This document shows positions 11,256-24,440 of a DNA stretch of 64,000 bases, in pieces. The stretch spans positions 6,450,001 to 6,514,000 of the forward strand of contig NC_087249.1 in the NCBI RefSeq assembly GCF_037042905.1, read 5' to 3'. The notes beneath the pieces were generated by a model that saw nothing but the letters and a program-made list of their open reading frames with translations, was not told the origin of the DNA and did no database searches. The position numbers were made by a program, and so were the translations under genes. How positions within the stretch are numbered: position 1 is the first letter of the stretch; every line of letters begins with the position of its first letter. Origin of the DNA: Lytechinus pictus. Its lineage: Eukaryota.

Positions 11256-12260
11256 ATGTCAAGAACAGCCAAGGGGACTTTGCGGCTTTCTGCTCCCCCA
11301 GAATCTCTAGTTCAGGGTTCAATGCGGAAACGGTCCACAAATTATCAGGAGTATGACCGAAGGCGACAGAAACAAAGAAGAGATGCTCTTAGAAAAGATG
11401 ATAGTGAGGCAGCTAAAGTTAAGAAGGAGATGGAGAGAGAAGCTGCACGAATCCGGCAGCAGAGGAGGCGACAAAAGCTCAAAGAGCAAGGAGTATCAAG
11501 CCAAGGAAATAAACAAGTTGTGCAAGCGAAAAAGCTGGATCCCGGATCTCGAAAAGCTTACTTCAGAGAATATCGAAGAAAGTGGAGAGCTTCAATTTCA
11601 ATAGATAAGCAGCAGGCTATTAAAGAAAAGGAAAGAGAAAAGTATAAAAAGAAAAGGCAGAATCGAAATAGAGAGATGAGAAAGGAGACTGAAGTTTGCC
11701 ATGATAAAGTGGAATCTGGTCTTGCCTTGGGAAACGATGCAGAGTCTGAATACAGGAAAGAAATATCTGAATCTAAAGATCAAGATCAAAACGAAGATAT
11801 GGATGCAACCTTCCTTGAGCAGAGTATGCATGAGAATACAGAGACACACCCAGAGTATGAGGTCTATCATGTTATCCACGTTAAAGAAGAAACTCCTGAT
11901 TTTGCCCTTCCCGATGAAATGGAATGGCGTAAGCTTGAAGAATCACAACAGAACGGGAAAGCAGATGCGACTTACGAAGAGCAGAGAGGGGATGAAAATA
12001 CAGAGACACAACGATGTGAGAGTCAGGTCTGTCACATCCATATTAAAGAGGAATCTCCTGATCTTGCCTTTCCAATAAGTGTTGTGGAGTCTGACCATAG
12101 GATAAACAAAGCTAAAGAGCAAAAACAAGGCAGGGATTCAGAGAAATCCCATTCTGGGTATGATCATGTTGAACAAATGGTCTCTAAGTTAGCGAAACAC
12201 CAGAAGAAGAAGTATTTGGAACAAGTTTTGTGTATACAAAGAGATGGGCAGAATCTGTAG
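11256..12260 (+). CDS. Uncharacterised protein (334 aa): basic R/K-rich helical N-half, acidic C-half with duplicated psiKxE motif; probably nuclear
   Basis: 1-kb open frame; strong acceptor TTTATTTCAG ending 11230, first ATG 11256; internal duplicated segment 162 nt apart. Confidence 0.65.
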   Translation: MSRTAKGTLRLSAPPESLVQGSMRKRSTNYQEYDRRRQKQRRDALRKDDSEAAKVKKEMEREAARIRQQRRRQKLKEQGVSSQGNKQVVQAKKLDPGSRKAYFREYRRKWRASISIDKQQAIKEKEREKYKKKRQNRNREMRKETEVCHDKVESGLALGNDAESEYRKEISESKDQDQNEDMDATFLEQSMHENTETHPEYEVYHVIHVKEETPDFALPDEMEWRKLEESQQNGKADATYEEQRGDENTETQRCESQVCHIHIKEESPDLAFPISVVESDHRINKAKEQKQGRDSEKSHSGYDHVEQMVSKLAKHQKKKYLEQVLCIQRDGQNL

Positions 12261-15200
12261 AAACAGTCCATTCAATTTTATGTTCAAACTAATTGAGATT
12301 TCCATGAAAGCTTTTTCATTTTTAAGCAATGCATGGATTCAGGATTGTTATAGGAAGTATCTTGTTAATTCAAAAGTCATTATTGTCATTTCCCAACTGA
12401 TTCTTATTGCTTCTATTGACATCTTTTTTCTCACTAGGGTCACTTCCTTCCATTAATTTGCATTCAAGAAGTATAAAAACAGAAAATCCTGTAACGAAAT
12501 TTTCCTGTCGTATACTCCATATCGTAACTGTGTTGGCTTTGGGGCATACACATTCATACATGTATACATATAATCTAGTAATGAATGGAATAGTGATAGA
12601 CGCATTTGGGATTTACCAAAGACAAATGTAGGCTTAAAAAAGAGAGTCTTTTTTTTTTGCCCCCAAGCCCGCCCCATGTATATTTACTGTACCAGACTAC
12701 CAGTACATTAAAAATCTCACTGTAACATCTCAAAGTATGTAATCAAATATAGCCATCATAAAAATAATCAGCCTTATTGATTTGTTCAAAGGGCATCTTG
12801 CAATAAAATACTGATGTCACCATCTGTGAATCTTAGGTCAACACAATTCAGCTTGTATAGGACATGAGACCACACACAAGAGCTGACCCAGTCATTTCCA
12901 TGCAGGGGACGCGGGCCATCATGTATAGCACTTATGTCACACAGTTTTTCTGCAGCATACCTAAGATGTTTGATTTACCTGTAACTTGTCTACAGTTTAC
13001 AGTATGTTTTTACCAAAGACGATGGACATAAAACAAATATAGTGCTTCAAAAAGGACTAGTGAAACTTTAGTGACTCTCTCATTCTTCCTCCCTCTCCTC
13101 CCCCTCTCTCTCTCTTTTCATCCTGTCCATCCCATCCTCTTCCTCTCTCTTTCTTCCTGTATATTTGTAAATTCTGTTTTCTTAATTCATTCTCATGTCA
13201 ATTCTATACTGATTGCTGCTGCATGTTCTACCAATGACTGTTTGGATGGCCCATTGAAAAGCATTGTAGATACTTTTTAAACAACTCCATGGCAGTTCAC
13301 TTTTTTGATTGTGTTGTGTCTTACAAGTATTTTAACTACAAATTTACATTAATTGAAGATTTCTTTTTTTTTTTACATCTCATTTCCACCATCTCATCTT
13401 GTATTTCACACAGACTCTCACCTTTGTTTTACGTCCAGTAATTATTGCCTGTGTTTGATTCACATGAAACACTAAAAGGGGAATTTTACACTGAAGACAA
13501 GCTTGTAAAACATACCAGATAAAAGGAATAAAAGGAAAAATCAATCTTAAGCTTAAGAAAGTTATTAGAATGTTTTTTTCTAAATTTGTGACATTTCGCT
13601 GTTGGGCTGATAAAGCCTTGTATCTCAAAATTTCAATAATTTGATTACATCATTACAGCTCAGAATTAGCTAGATTTTAGAGTTATAAAGTGGGTAGAAA
13701 CCTTCTTTTACCTCAAAAGAGTTCTTCAGTTATCAAGAGACTATTTTCAGACAAAATGAGGTCCTCACTTTCAAGGGGGGGGGGCACACTTGGGTAAAAG
13801 TCGTATATTTACATAACAAATTTTGATTATGGCTCTCAAAGGGAGGGGGCACGGGCCAGCAGTGCCCCCCCCCCCCTGGATCCACCAGTGGTTGCTATAA
13901 TTTTAAAATACAGTCTTTTCTAAGCTGACCTCAAAATTGTTTAATTTTGAGATATGAGGTTTTATCAGCCCACCAGCGATATACTAGCAGCTGCCCCGTA
14001 TGTTATGCGATTTATGCCTTACTTTCAATTATTCAATGGTTCATGAAGACCTTTTTATTCTAAGGTAAATGATTTTTTGATGTACTGAAAGTAAAATGAA
14101 AACTATTTTCAAATTTTTTGAGAAAATGGCATTTCATTGATGAATTACTGCATGATACATGTGTTGGGAAGCTGCTCACATATAACGTCACATATTGTAG
14201 AAATTCTAATTTTTTTATCTAATGAATTTTCCAACCTTCAACATAGTTTTTTATTTTGTTTTCAGTATTATTACATTAAACTCTTTTGTCAGGTTGAACT
14301 TCCCCTTTCATATTGTACTTCATGTCACACTATTTTTTAGATTGTGCTTCTCAATAGAAGATATTTTGAAATATTCGAGTGCAATACAATTTCTAGAAAG
14401 GACCAAGTAATTAAGATGTAATTGAAATGCATGTTGATTTTTTGTATATGTGTATTAAAAAAACAACTAATTTTGTGTTGCATTAATATGAGAAGAAGAA
14501 GATCTTATGTGGAATGTTCGGTTTACAGCGATTTATGCATGGTCTGGAAAATCGTTCAACTTTAATTTTTTTTCATTTATTAATGCAATTATCAACATTG
14601 TTTTTATGTAACTTTGATATATGCAATAATTTCGTTTTGTAAATGCATGCAATCTTGAATCAAGGGAGTAGGCCTTGTGAGAAAGTTATCTTGACTTCTG
14701 GTACATGTAATTACTACATGATACATATAAATATGTTTACCAGAGATATCAAAGTACCATTTTAGTATGTTTTGATGTTAGTGATAATAATAATAGATGG
14801 GATTTATAATGCGCCAAATCCACTCTGCAGCGTGGCCAATCATGAGCAGATGCATGTTATCAATTGTGAGGATGAATTTGCATTCACTCAAATTATATTA
14901 GGGCTATGCTTGTATATATATCCTTTAATGTGTAATCAGGAAACTAATGCTCAGATTGAGAGGGCGATATGATTAATATGAATACATGAAACTTCAACAC
15001 GAGCACGATTTTGTATGTCTCCCTTAATGGTTTGTCATTGTTCATGTATATAGAAGGGGGAAGGGGGTAGGAGAGAGAGAGAGAGAGATGGGAGTGGAGA
15101 GTGGGAAGGAGAAGTGGAGGGTAGTGGGATAGGACAGCATTTTTAAAAAAATGTGGTTGGTGGGAAGAGAGAAAGAGCAAAAGAGACCTAGAAAGTGGGA

Positions 15201-15850
15201 GGGTGGTAATAGAAAAGGACCAGGGACAGGGGAGTAGGAGTACGTATAGTGAGGAAGAAAGGAGGGAGACGAGGCATAACAGAGAGAAGAGTGATTGATA
15301 GAAAAGAGGATTGAAGACGAAAATGGGGGAGTGGGTGAGTCGGGGCTTTTGACGAAAGACGTGCGTTCGCGGAGCGGGGATGGAGACAACTGGGGGGGGG
15401 GTGGGTTGTTTCAAAAGGGGAGATAGAGGAGGGATGTCAAATTAACATACCCTTTCGAGGGGGGTGTCACGAAAGGCTGATCTACGTACGTAGGCTCTTG
15501 TCCCATTTATTTGTGTGGCTTGTGTAAGTTTGTGGAGTTTCTAGAATTCTGAACTTCTTTGATTATGCAAATTTATTCAAGTTAAACCAACAGGACATGC
15601 AATTAACTTTTCTCTTCCTTTCTCATTTCAATATTACAATAATACTGTTGTTATGATAATTTCATATATAAATTTCAGAGAAATGTCTGGTTAAAAAAAA
15701 CGACTAAAACACCCTATTCGATCCCCCGCCCGCCTGGTTGTCTCGAAAGGATGCGGCCACTCCGCGAACGCAGACTTTCCTCATAGCCGTGAGTGGGAGA
15801 GAATATATGAGAGAGACATATAAGTGAGAGGGAGAGTAGTTGTCTATATA

Positions 15851-15973
15851 TACTTTAAAAATGAAGTGCTAATTTAGCACTTACAGTGCTTGTATAGTGA
15901 CTGCACTAGCACTCGTAGTGCAGTCACTATACAAGCACTGTAAGTGCTGACTTAGCACTTCATTTTTACAGTG
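15851..15973. mobile_element. Near-perfect palindromic mini-element (EnSpm/CACT-like termini)
   Basis: ~57-bp arms around a 7-nt loop; end ...TTTTTACAGTG; TA flanks. Confidence 0.6.
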
Positions 15974-16361
15974 TATACTTTCTTGCGTCTTGCAATTGGT
16001 AGAGTTCTATTTAGATTTCCTTAAAAATTCGTATATGTGTATATATTACGGAAGTATGCCTATACAATCGATTGGCGAGATTGTAAGATAATTTACCTTG
16101 CGATGTTAACTTGATGGGTATACACGCTCTCGTGTAAAGCTTATAATTCCCTTCACTTTTGCATAATTTACCCCTCTCTCCCTCTCTTTCCTCTTCCTTT
16201 GAGGAGTAAGTTTAATTTTGTGTAAACATAATCATGAAACTATTATATGGTGTTACATCATTGATCATTTAAAGATCTTATTTATATAAAGGTCTCATTT
16301 TGTTTCAAAAATATCAATTTTGTTACACTCTTAAATCCATGGATCTAAAGTCATCCAGACC

Positions 16362-16627
16362 CAGGGGCGGATCCAGGATTTTCCAAAAGGGCCGGGGGCA
16401 CATTTTATTTTTTTCCGAGGAAACTTTGACAAGCAAAAAATAATAATAAAAAAATTAAGGATATTTCGTCCACGAAACAATTGGACAAGCAAGCAAAAAA
16501 AAGTCTTCACTTCCAAGGGGGGCACACTAAAGTTTTAACGGCATTTTTACATTACAAATTTTAACTGTGCCTCTCAAAAGGGGGGCACAGGCCGGCTTTG
16601 CCCCCCCCCCCCCTGAATCCGCCAGTG
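16362..16627. mobile_element. hAT-like MITE, CAGGGGCGGATCCAG termini
   Basis: TIRs CAGGGGCGGATCCAG / CTGAATCCGCCAGTG; 8-bp flanks TCCAGACC / TGCAGACC (7/8). Confidence 0.65.
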
Positions 16628-17461
16628 TGCAGACCATTATGGTTTGTGATTGACTGAAATATTGATTTAGTTTTAATTCTGATTCTGAAGATACATATTT
16701 TCAACCTTTCTTTTAAGCACATATACTCCAAAACAAGGCAACAACAACTAAACTGCCAAAGAAGAAAGAAAGAAAAATACATGCACCTGCGTCAAATCAT
16801 TTTTTTTTTAATTCTCACTGATTACTGGGTTTCTTACTTGAAAACGATAGCCTGTATACTATGAAGAACGCAATTCCTAAAACAGTAAAAAGGGAAACAA
16901 AGTCTATGATCTATGGTCTATGATTTTATTCAACTATTGCAAAATTAAATGATATGCCTATCTGAGAATACATGTTGAGGGTCATTATGATCAACTGCTG
17001 AATGAAATAGATATAAAATTACAGCTGAAGAACATTTAGGAGAGAAATTATAATGAGCTGGATTAACAGCTTTTTACATAGAGGTTCTAACATTTTGAAA
17101 TTTATTTTTGTCCATTGTTTACTAAGTAAAAGTTGATACATCGAACTCAACAGCTTTTATTTAACCACTTATCTTTTGCCAGGTATCATATTCATTTCAC
17201 AACTAGCCTGGCATATATGCCTTAGCAACGGATTAAGGATTCAAAGACGCATTAACGATTTGATTTAATTTCACCATGATTTCCCCAAACTATTAAACAT
17301 AAACACGAAGGACAATATATTTGGGATGCCACACAGAATGACATGCTGCCTTTTATTGGTCGAACCCTGGATTCTTGGAATGAAATACGACGATATTGTG
17401 ATCACGTGTTTTTGTTGATGATGTTGTTGTTGATGCCATGCCTGGTTGATGATGTTGTTGT

Positions 17462-20400
17462 TTACATCGTCATCTCGCAGATAGCGGGTCGTGTTTTACT
17501 TGTTTGAGATTCGTCGTTGATGAGCCCGGAGGCATACAACTCCCCGATGTTTTCTCCACCGCTCGCGTTGTTTGGTTCGCCGGGATACCAAAATGCTTTG
17601 GCGGGTATGGCGAGCTCACTTCCATCCAACCATCGCCATTTGTTACCGTCCCGCATGATCCCTGCAATTCCGAAAACATACATGATGAGAAGAGATTGGT
17701 GATCAAAACATACAATTCCCCCCCCCCTTTTTTTTTGTTGGGGGGGGGGCGTCTAGTGCAGGTATCATATATGTTACAAGCTACTTCTGTAATCATGTTT
17801 GTTACTTGTTATAAAAATACAGGATAGGCATGCAGGCCTATAGGTTTTAATTTTTACTTTGTCCGCTCCTATAAAAAAATGATAATGATGAAACGTATAT
17901 TTGGAAATAATTGGAGTCCTTGCGATCGAGATAATTGGCAACAATAAAAAGGATTCCATACTTCCATGCTTGTTGGTTTTTATTGGGGGGGGGGTGGACG
18001 GTGTGTGTGTCATTTTATCATTTTGTTTGATTTTTGAGGGGTTGGGTTAGGTTCGTAAGCCCTCCAAAATCTACTCATGAAAAAACATTATGTCCTTTGA
18101 TTTCTACATGATGAAACTAACATAATTTCATTGTTTTATGTTGAGTTGGGGGGCTTGATCGCATAGGCCCACTTTCGATGATTATAGTTTGAACAAAATA
18201 ATAATTCGTACAAAACCCGGGCCCTTATTTGTTTGCTTTATTATAGACACGGAAGGTGTAGATAGTGGAGTATCTGAAAAGTACCAACGATTTCATCAAC
18301 CTCCTAGCTGTTACATACTTTAACTTTTAAAGGACAAGTCCACCCCAACAAAAAGTTGATTTGAATAAAAAGAGAAAAATCCAACAAACATAACACTGAA
18401 ACTTTCATCAAAATCGGATGTAAAATAAGAAAGTTATGACATTTTAAAGTTTTGCTTAATTTCACAAAACAGTTATATGCGCATCCTGGTGGGTATGCAA
18501 ATGAGGAGACTGATGACGTCATCCACTCACTATTTTTTTGTATTTCATTATATGAAATAGGGAATATTCTATTTTTCTCCTCATAGTCAAGTGAAACAGC
18601 GATTAATTCCTCCCTGAACATGTGGAATGAGCATTGTTTATAATATCATATGATTCAGTCAAGTTGGTTCTTATTGTCAAATCTATGATAAAAAATGAAA
18701 TATTGTATAATTCAAACAATAAAAAACAAAAGAAATAGTGAATGAGGGACATCATCAACTTTCTCATTTAAGCTGTGCATATCACATTTTTGTGAAAAAT
18801 AAGCAAAAGTTTAAAGTGTCATAATTTTCTTATTTTATATCCGATTTTGATGAAATTTTCAGCATTTTGCTGGTTTGATTATTCTCTATTTTTTCAAATC
18901 AACATTTTTCTGGGGTGGACTTGACCTTTAATTTGTTTGTTATTTTCTCTAAGGGGGCTATAAACTTTGTTATGGATAGTTTAGAGCATACATTTTTTAA
19001 AGATCTTTGAGAGATCAAAGCGAGGGGGCACTATAGGCCATCATCATTCGATTCTTTAATATATTTAGTCCCCCATTTAAATTGACCATATAACATTTCA
19101 AATTAAGTTCAACTAAGCCAAATATCGACGGGAATGTTGAAAATTATTTTAGGGGAAAAATAATGGTCTCTGCCCTTTATTAAAAGAGGTATTTACATGG
19201 ATATATTTCAAATGCTCACCTATCCAGACGTTCTTCCAGGAAGCTGAACCAATGATAGATAGAATGTAGTCTTGAACAAAGCCAATCTCTTCCCTGTTAG
19301 TCAGACTAGCCAACTCTCCTCCCATATTCCTGCAGTCTGTTCTAGCATTGTTCCACGACATTTCTTCTTGGAGATAGTAGTAACAGGAACCGGTCTTCTT
19401 AGACCGTTCCCAGCCATCTGGACATTGCGTTGCTGTCACTGTATACAATACGTACAACAAACCATTCATAATTAGGACAATTTCTTTTTTATCACTTTTT
19501 TCGAATTTATCACGAAGGAGAGCCCACTCAGACGGTTATTGTGAATTCATTATTAATATGAATGGTTAACTTTTTGATAGGAAAGAGTATAATGTTACTG
19601 TACCAGCTGTCAATTACTGACAATATTTATGCTTTAAACGAATGTTCCTTCTGCACAAGTAGAGTTGCCATCGACATGATCTAAGTAAAATTGTTGATAT
19701 TTACATTTAGGCTATGTCTATAAGATTCTGGCATCCTCGAAAGTCATGATCTGAAATTTCAATTGATATCACCTATGTGCAAAAGTCAAAATTTTAACAT
19801 TAATGGGTGGAAGAATACGCATCCCTGAGTAGGCCTACCTACTCATATTTTGAAATTTTTATGTAACCTTTTAGATGAATCATCATCATCATAAAAAAAA
19901 ATCGAAATTTTTTTTTTTTAATGATAAAATCATGCTTAATTTCTAAATTGTCACTGTTTTCCGTGTTACACCCCCCCCCTCATAGAAATTCGGCCTGAAT
20001 AGATTTTATCACTGGCTTTTACAGTAAGCTAAAATTAAGGTAGGCGTATAACGTCCGATATACGATTAAAAAATAACTGGAAGACATATTGGAGGACAGG
20101 AAGTAGTTGCCCCCCCCCCTTCACCTATTCCCAGAAATTTTGACAGCTATACATTTTGTTAGAAAATAGCCCCTATTTAAGCTCGGTCGCTTCGCTCACT
20201 CACTTTCGATTCTCACCCTCCCCCCCCCCCCCTCCCGAGAACAAAATTCTGCATAGTTATGGACATGCCGGAAAGGGATATAGTTTGAACAATGACGGAT
20301 TTATTTTGGATGAATATATGCTGATAGATGAAAAGTGAATTTTCAGACCTAGTTTCAGTTTACTGCAATCAAGATCAAGTCAGACTAAAACTTACACGCA

Positions 20401-20516
20401 CTACAACTTTCAAGAAGTGCCCCAACAGATTCTCTCAAGCTACACTCCTGGGCATCGGCCACAAACTGGATGATGGTACCAACGAAAAGAACCACAAAGA
20501 TATTCTTGAAAGCCAT
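17462..20516 (-). CDS. Secreted single-domain C-type lectin (179 aa); exons 20516-20396, 19438-19220, 17661-17462
   Basis: Signal peptide MAFKNIFVVLFVGTIIQFVADA; CTLD motifs CPDGW..SCY, SWNNARTDC, GGELAS, WIG, WLDGS, W.PGEPNN, ICE; GT-AG junctions, both phase 1, total 540 nt. Confidence 0.9.
18331..18927. mobile_element. Kolobok-like palindromic MITE (lectin intron 2)
   Basis: TTAA TSD (18327-18330, 18928-18931); termini AGGACAAGTCCACCCC / GGGGTGGACTTGACCT; second copy at 53222-53815. Confidence 0.75.
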
Positions 20517-20917
20517 GATACCTTCTATTCTTGGTGATGGCGACTCGAAGAATGAAATTAACATAGCCAGGCACCCATTCTTATACTAAAACAGTTCAGT
20601 CGATAACGACAGGCTTAACATATAAAAACAAGGGCTTGATAGAAGCGATCGATTTGAATGATCGAGCGGAGAGAGTGATTATTTTTGGTTACATGTTCAA
20701 ATCGTAATTTGTTTTTTTCTCAATACTTTAAAGTGATTGACACGAGTTAAAGTCATGTTCATGAATAGATTGGCTTATTTCCGACAGCAGATTAGTTTAC
20801 TGATCAAAAACTCAATGATTAAGTGTTGATTATGAAATATATACGATGATCAATGGCGGCGACAGGGTATATAATTATGATGAGCAAAATAACTAGAGGA
20901 GGGAGTAATAAAGGACT

Positions 20918-20985
20918 GGTGCTGTGGCTCAGTGGATAAGTAACAGGACTTTAAACCACAAGGTCCGGGGTTCAAATCCCACCAC
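20918..20985 (+). repeat. tRNA-derived SINE head
   Basis: A box TGGCTCAGTGG and B box GGTTCAAATCC with tRNA-like spacing. Confidence 0.6.
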
Positions 20986-21185
20986 TGAACTCGCGTCAAC
21001 TGGAAATTAATTTACATTTGCCAATGTCCATGCACCAGGTATACCTACGTATTAAATGAATACTCCTTAAATGCTGAGCACCCGGTCAGGATAATAAGAA
21101 TTAAGAATTATGTTAATTAGCACTGCTATATTATAGTAGTATGCATAAGCAGTGTTATCATCATCATCATAATCACCATCGTCGT

Positions 21186-21753
21186 CAAGGGCGAAAATCT
21201 CTCACAAAAGGTTGGCGGACCGGGGGCTGGAAAATTTGACAAGCAAAAAAAAGTTATAACTCTAAATGTAAGGTCATTTCGACCAAAATATATTTAACAA
21301 GCAAAAAAAAGGGGGGAAGGGTTATCACCCAAAAAGTAAGGTCACCTCGTTCAAAATACAGGTTTTATTTCGATTTTGAATGATGTATTTCTTTCCATCA
21401 TAAAAGACCAAAAATAGTGGGGGGACATTTGATATTGTGTCCCCCCTACTATTTTGGGTAGGGGAACACGTACCCCCCATTGGCGGCGGAAGCCAAAAAA
21501 TGTAGGGGGGACCACCCAAATTTTTTGACAAGCCAAAAAAAAGAAGAAAAAAAAGGTTATCAACCAAATTTTAGGGGGGGACCATCAAAAAAAATTTGGG
21601 GGTCCACGCGGGAAACAAAATTGACAAGCAAAAAAAAAAAAAAAAAGTTATCAACTAAAAATTTAGGGGGGATCGTCCCCCCCACCTCAAATTTAGGGGG
21701 GACGGGTCCCCCCCCTAAGGTTCCCCCTGTCCCCCCTGGGATTTCCGCCCATG
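21186..21753. mobile_element. hAT-like MITE (CATGGGCGGAAATCCC-type termini)
   Basis: CAAGGGCGAAAATC / GATTTCCGCCCATG termini; right end shared with 2860-2965. Confidence 0.55.
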
Positions 21754-22558
21754 ATCGTCGTCATCGTCATCATAACCAATAGTTGTCTTCTTTTTATTCT
21801 CTTGTCCTTTCCCCTCTTCTTAAAATGCCAATCATTAAAGCTATATCGAAGGGCGGACATCCCCTGATAATATAATTCCTATGTGAAGAACATCACCTGA
21901 TACATGTCGTTCTTTAATTTCACATAAAGCCTTCTTTCATGTCCACGTTGCAAGTTATGTACAATGATCATAACTAGAAGGGAAATTTTATATACTTTGT
22001 AAATTTACTCATGTCATACCAAAAATGATAAAACCGATTCCTGTAATGAACAGCTGTTCTGTCTCCCATATCCAGCTGCAGGTGTCCAGCTAATTATCTT
22101 CTTCTCACTCAAAACAATTAATGTGTCGCAATAATGTTTACATGAACTTTAGATTAAAATTTCAATTCTTAAAACATGACTAATGTAGAAGATGGGGAGA
22201 GAAAGGGGACGAGCCGGCGATCCAGGTAGAGGTATGTATAAATCCACTGGCAAAGAGATGGGGGCTTCGGGGCATAGTATGGAACCCCAAACTTTTCACG
22301 ACCAAGAAAAACAGTAGAAAAGGAAAGAAAGGGGAAGGGAGAAGGAATATCTGAATAATAGTTTGAAATATACCGGAGACCAATAGGACGCCCCCCCCCC
22401 TTCTAGATGGAGAGACCAGATGTACGTGACGATCGACGGACTCCCCCTACTGGATGCTGAAGATTTATAGCCCAAGGTAGAACTGAACAGAAAAAGGATA
22501 ACCAACATATATTTTAAATATCGAGGGCAGTGGCGTAACTACTGGGGGCATGGAGGCA

Positions 22559-22589
<31 letters not shown>

Positions 22590-23336
22590 AGGAGCAACGG
22601 GAGAAAAAGAGGGAGAAAGGAAGAGAAACGTAGTGGGAAAAAAGAAATCATTGTTCATTTTAATGTTATATTATTAATTGTGATATGTTAATATTACATA
22701 AGAAACATTTTTTCATACCTTTATGAAACATAATTTGCTCAGGGCCTGTCTTGTTTCTGGTGCTCGCATTGTCTGTTTAACGAGATATATAATCCTGTTG
22801 TACTAAAACCTCCCGTTTTCAAGTCAATATACACCAAATATATTTCCTCGCACTTCGAGTAATTGTTTTATATAGTGACATATGCTTCTTTTTCATGACC
22901 ACTTAAAGTGATTGCCCCATTTAAAGTTCTTAATATAAAACATTTCCTGTCCATGCTTACGTTCGCATCAGTGGATTGGTGAAATATGTCTGCTCTTCAC
23001 TCCTAAAATCAGTCCTTAAAATGTCCCTTTTTCTGATCTGAATATCTACGATTTTCAGCTCGCTTTGCACTCGCATCATTTGGTTAGTGAAATACGTTTG
23101 GCCTTAGTGAATTCCTGCAAACAAGCCTTAGAATGCCCCTCTTAATTCAGGTCTGAATTTCCTAAATTTTCAGCTCGCTCTTCGCGCTCGCAATATTTTA
23201 TTAGTGAGATGCGTATGATAATCATCATTACAATGACTACAAAAAGTGCTTTATGTGTTTAGATGTATTTCTAACAAAATCAGCAAGCGCTTGGCACTCG
23301 CATGAGATGAATATGGTGAAATATGTATACACTTAA

Positions 23337-23919
23337 AGGAGAATGAAACCCTTGAAACCAGCTGAATCCATATCAAAGAGAAAAATCAAAGGAACACATT
23401 GTTGAAAGTTTGAGGAAGATTGAATGAATAATAAGAAAGTTATGAGCATTTGAATATTGAGATCACTAGTGCCATGTAGATCCTCCCATCGGCAATGCGA
23501 CCAAGATCTGTGATATCACACACGTACAACTCCCTCATTACTTTAGTACTTATTTCACTTATATTCTCACTTTTATAGAGTCTATCACAAGGTGAGGTGT
23601 TCTCTTTATGAGATGACAAGTACAGAGGTTTCACAACATTATATCATTGATGAATCGTTTGTCATATGATTAGAATGAGCAAAAAGAAATGTTTTGGGGT
23701 ATATTTTCAGTGTCCAAATGGGAGAGTTGTACGTGTGTGACATCACAGATCTTGGTCGCATTGCCAATGGGAGGATCTCCATAGCATTAGTGATCTCGAC
23801 ATTCAAATGCTCATAACTCTTTTATTGCTAGTCCTATTTTACTCAAACTTTTGTTGATCTTATTTTTTGATTTTTCTGCTTTCACAAAAGCTAACTTGCT
23901 CCAAGAGTTTCATTCTCCT
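23337..23919. mobile_element. Kolobok-like palindromic MITE
   Basis: TTAA TSD (23333-23336, 23920-23923); TIR AGGAGAATGAAAC / GTTTCATTCTCCT. Confidence 0.75.
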
Positions 23920-24187
23920 TTAATGGATTCCTAAAAATGTCCCTATTTGGGGTCATTATATAACAAAAAATCAGCTCGCGCTCGCATTGTTTGTTTAGCG
24001 CCAGGTACGTATCCACGATAACAAAAATTTGCTTATAATGTCTATTTTTAGGTCTGAAGATAAAACAAATTTCAGTGAGATACATATATCCGTTTCCCGG
24101 ATCCGTTTAATGACACTGTCCTCAAATTGTCTCTATATAGGTCAGTATACCTGGCAACTGCATGAGCGCGCTTTGCGGGCTCACTAA

Positions 24188-24440
24188 TACCGTGTTTACA
24201 CTTAATCGGCATTTGAATCGGCTCGCGGTTCTGAACCGCGAGCCGATTCAGCATCGGCTTTTTCATAGCGTGTAAACGCGAGCAACTTGAATCGGCTCGC
24301 GGTTCAGAACCGGCAATTTGCACCACCAAAGTAGTAGGTTCTGAACCGCGAGCTGTAACAACGTGTAAACGCAATCTAAATGCCGATTCTGCATCGGCAT
24401 TTGGTTCAGAACCAATTGCCGATTAAGTGTAAACACGGTA
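24188..24440. mobile_element. PIF/Harbinger-like MITE
   Basis: TIR TACCGTGTTTACACTTAATCGGC / GCCGATTAAGTGTAAACACGGTA; 3-bp TSD TAA. Confidence 0.8.
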
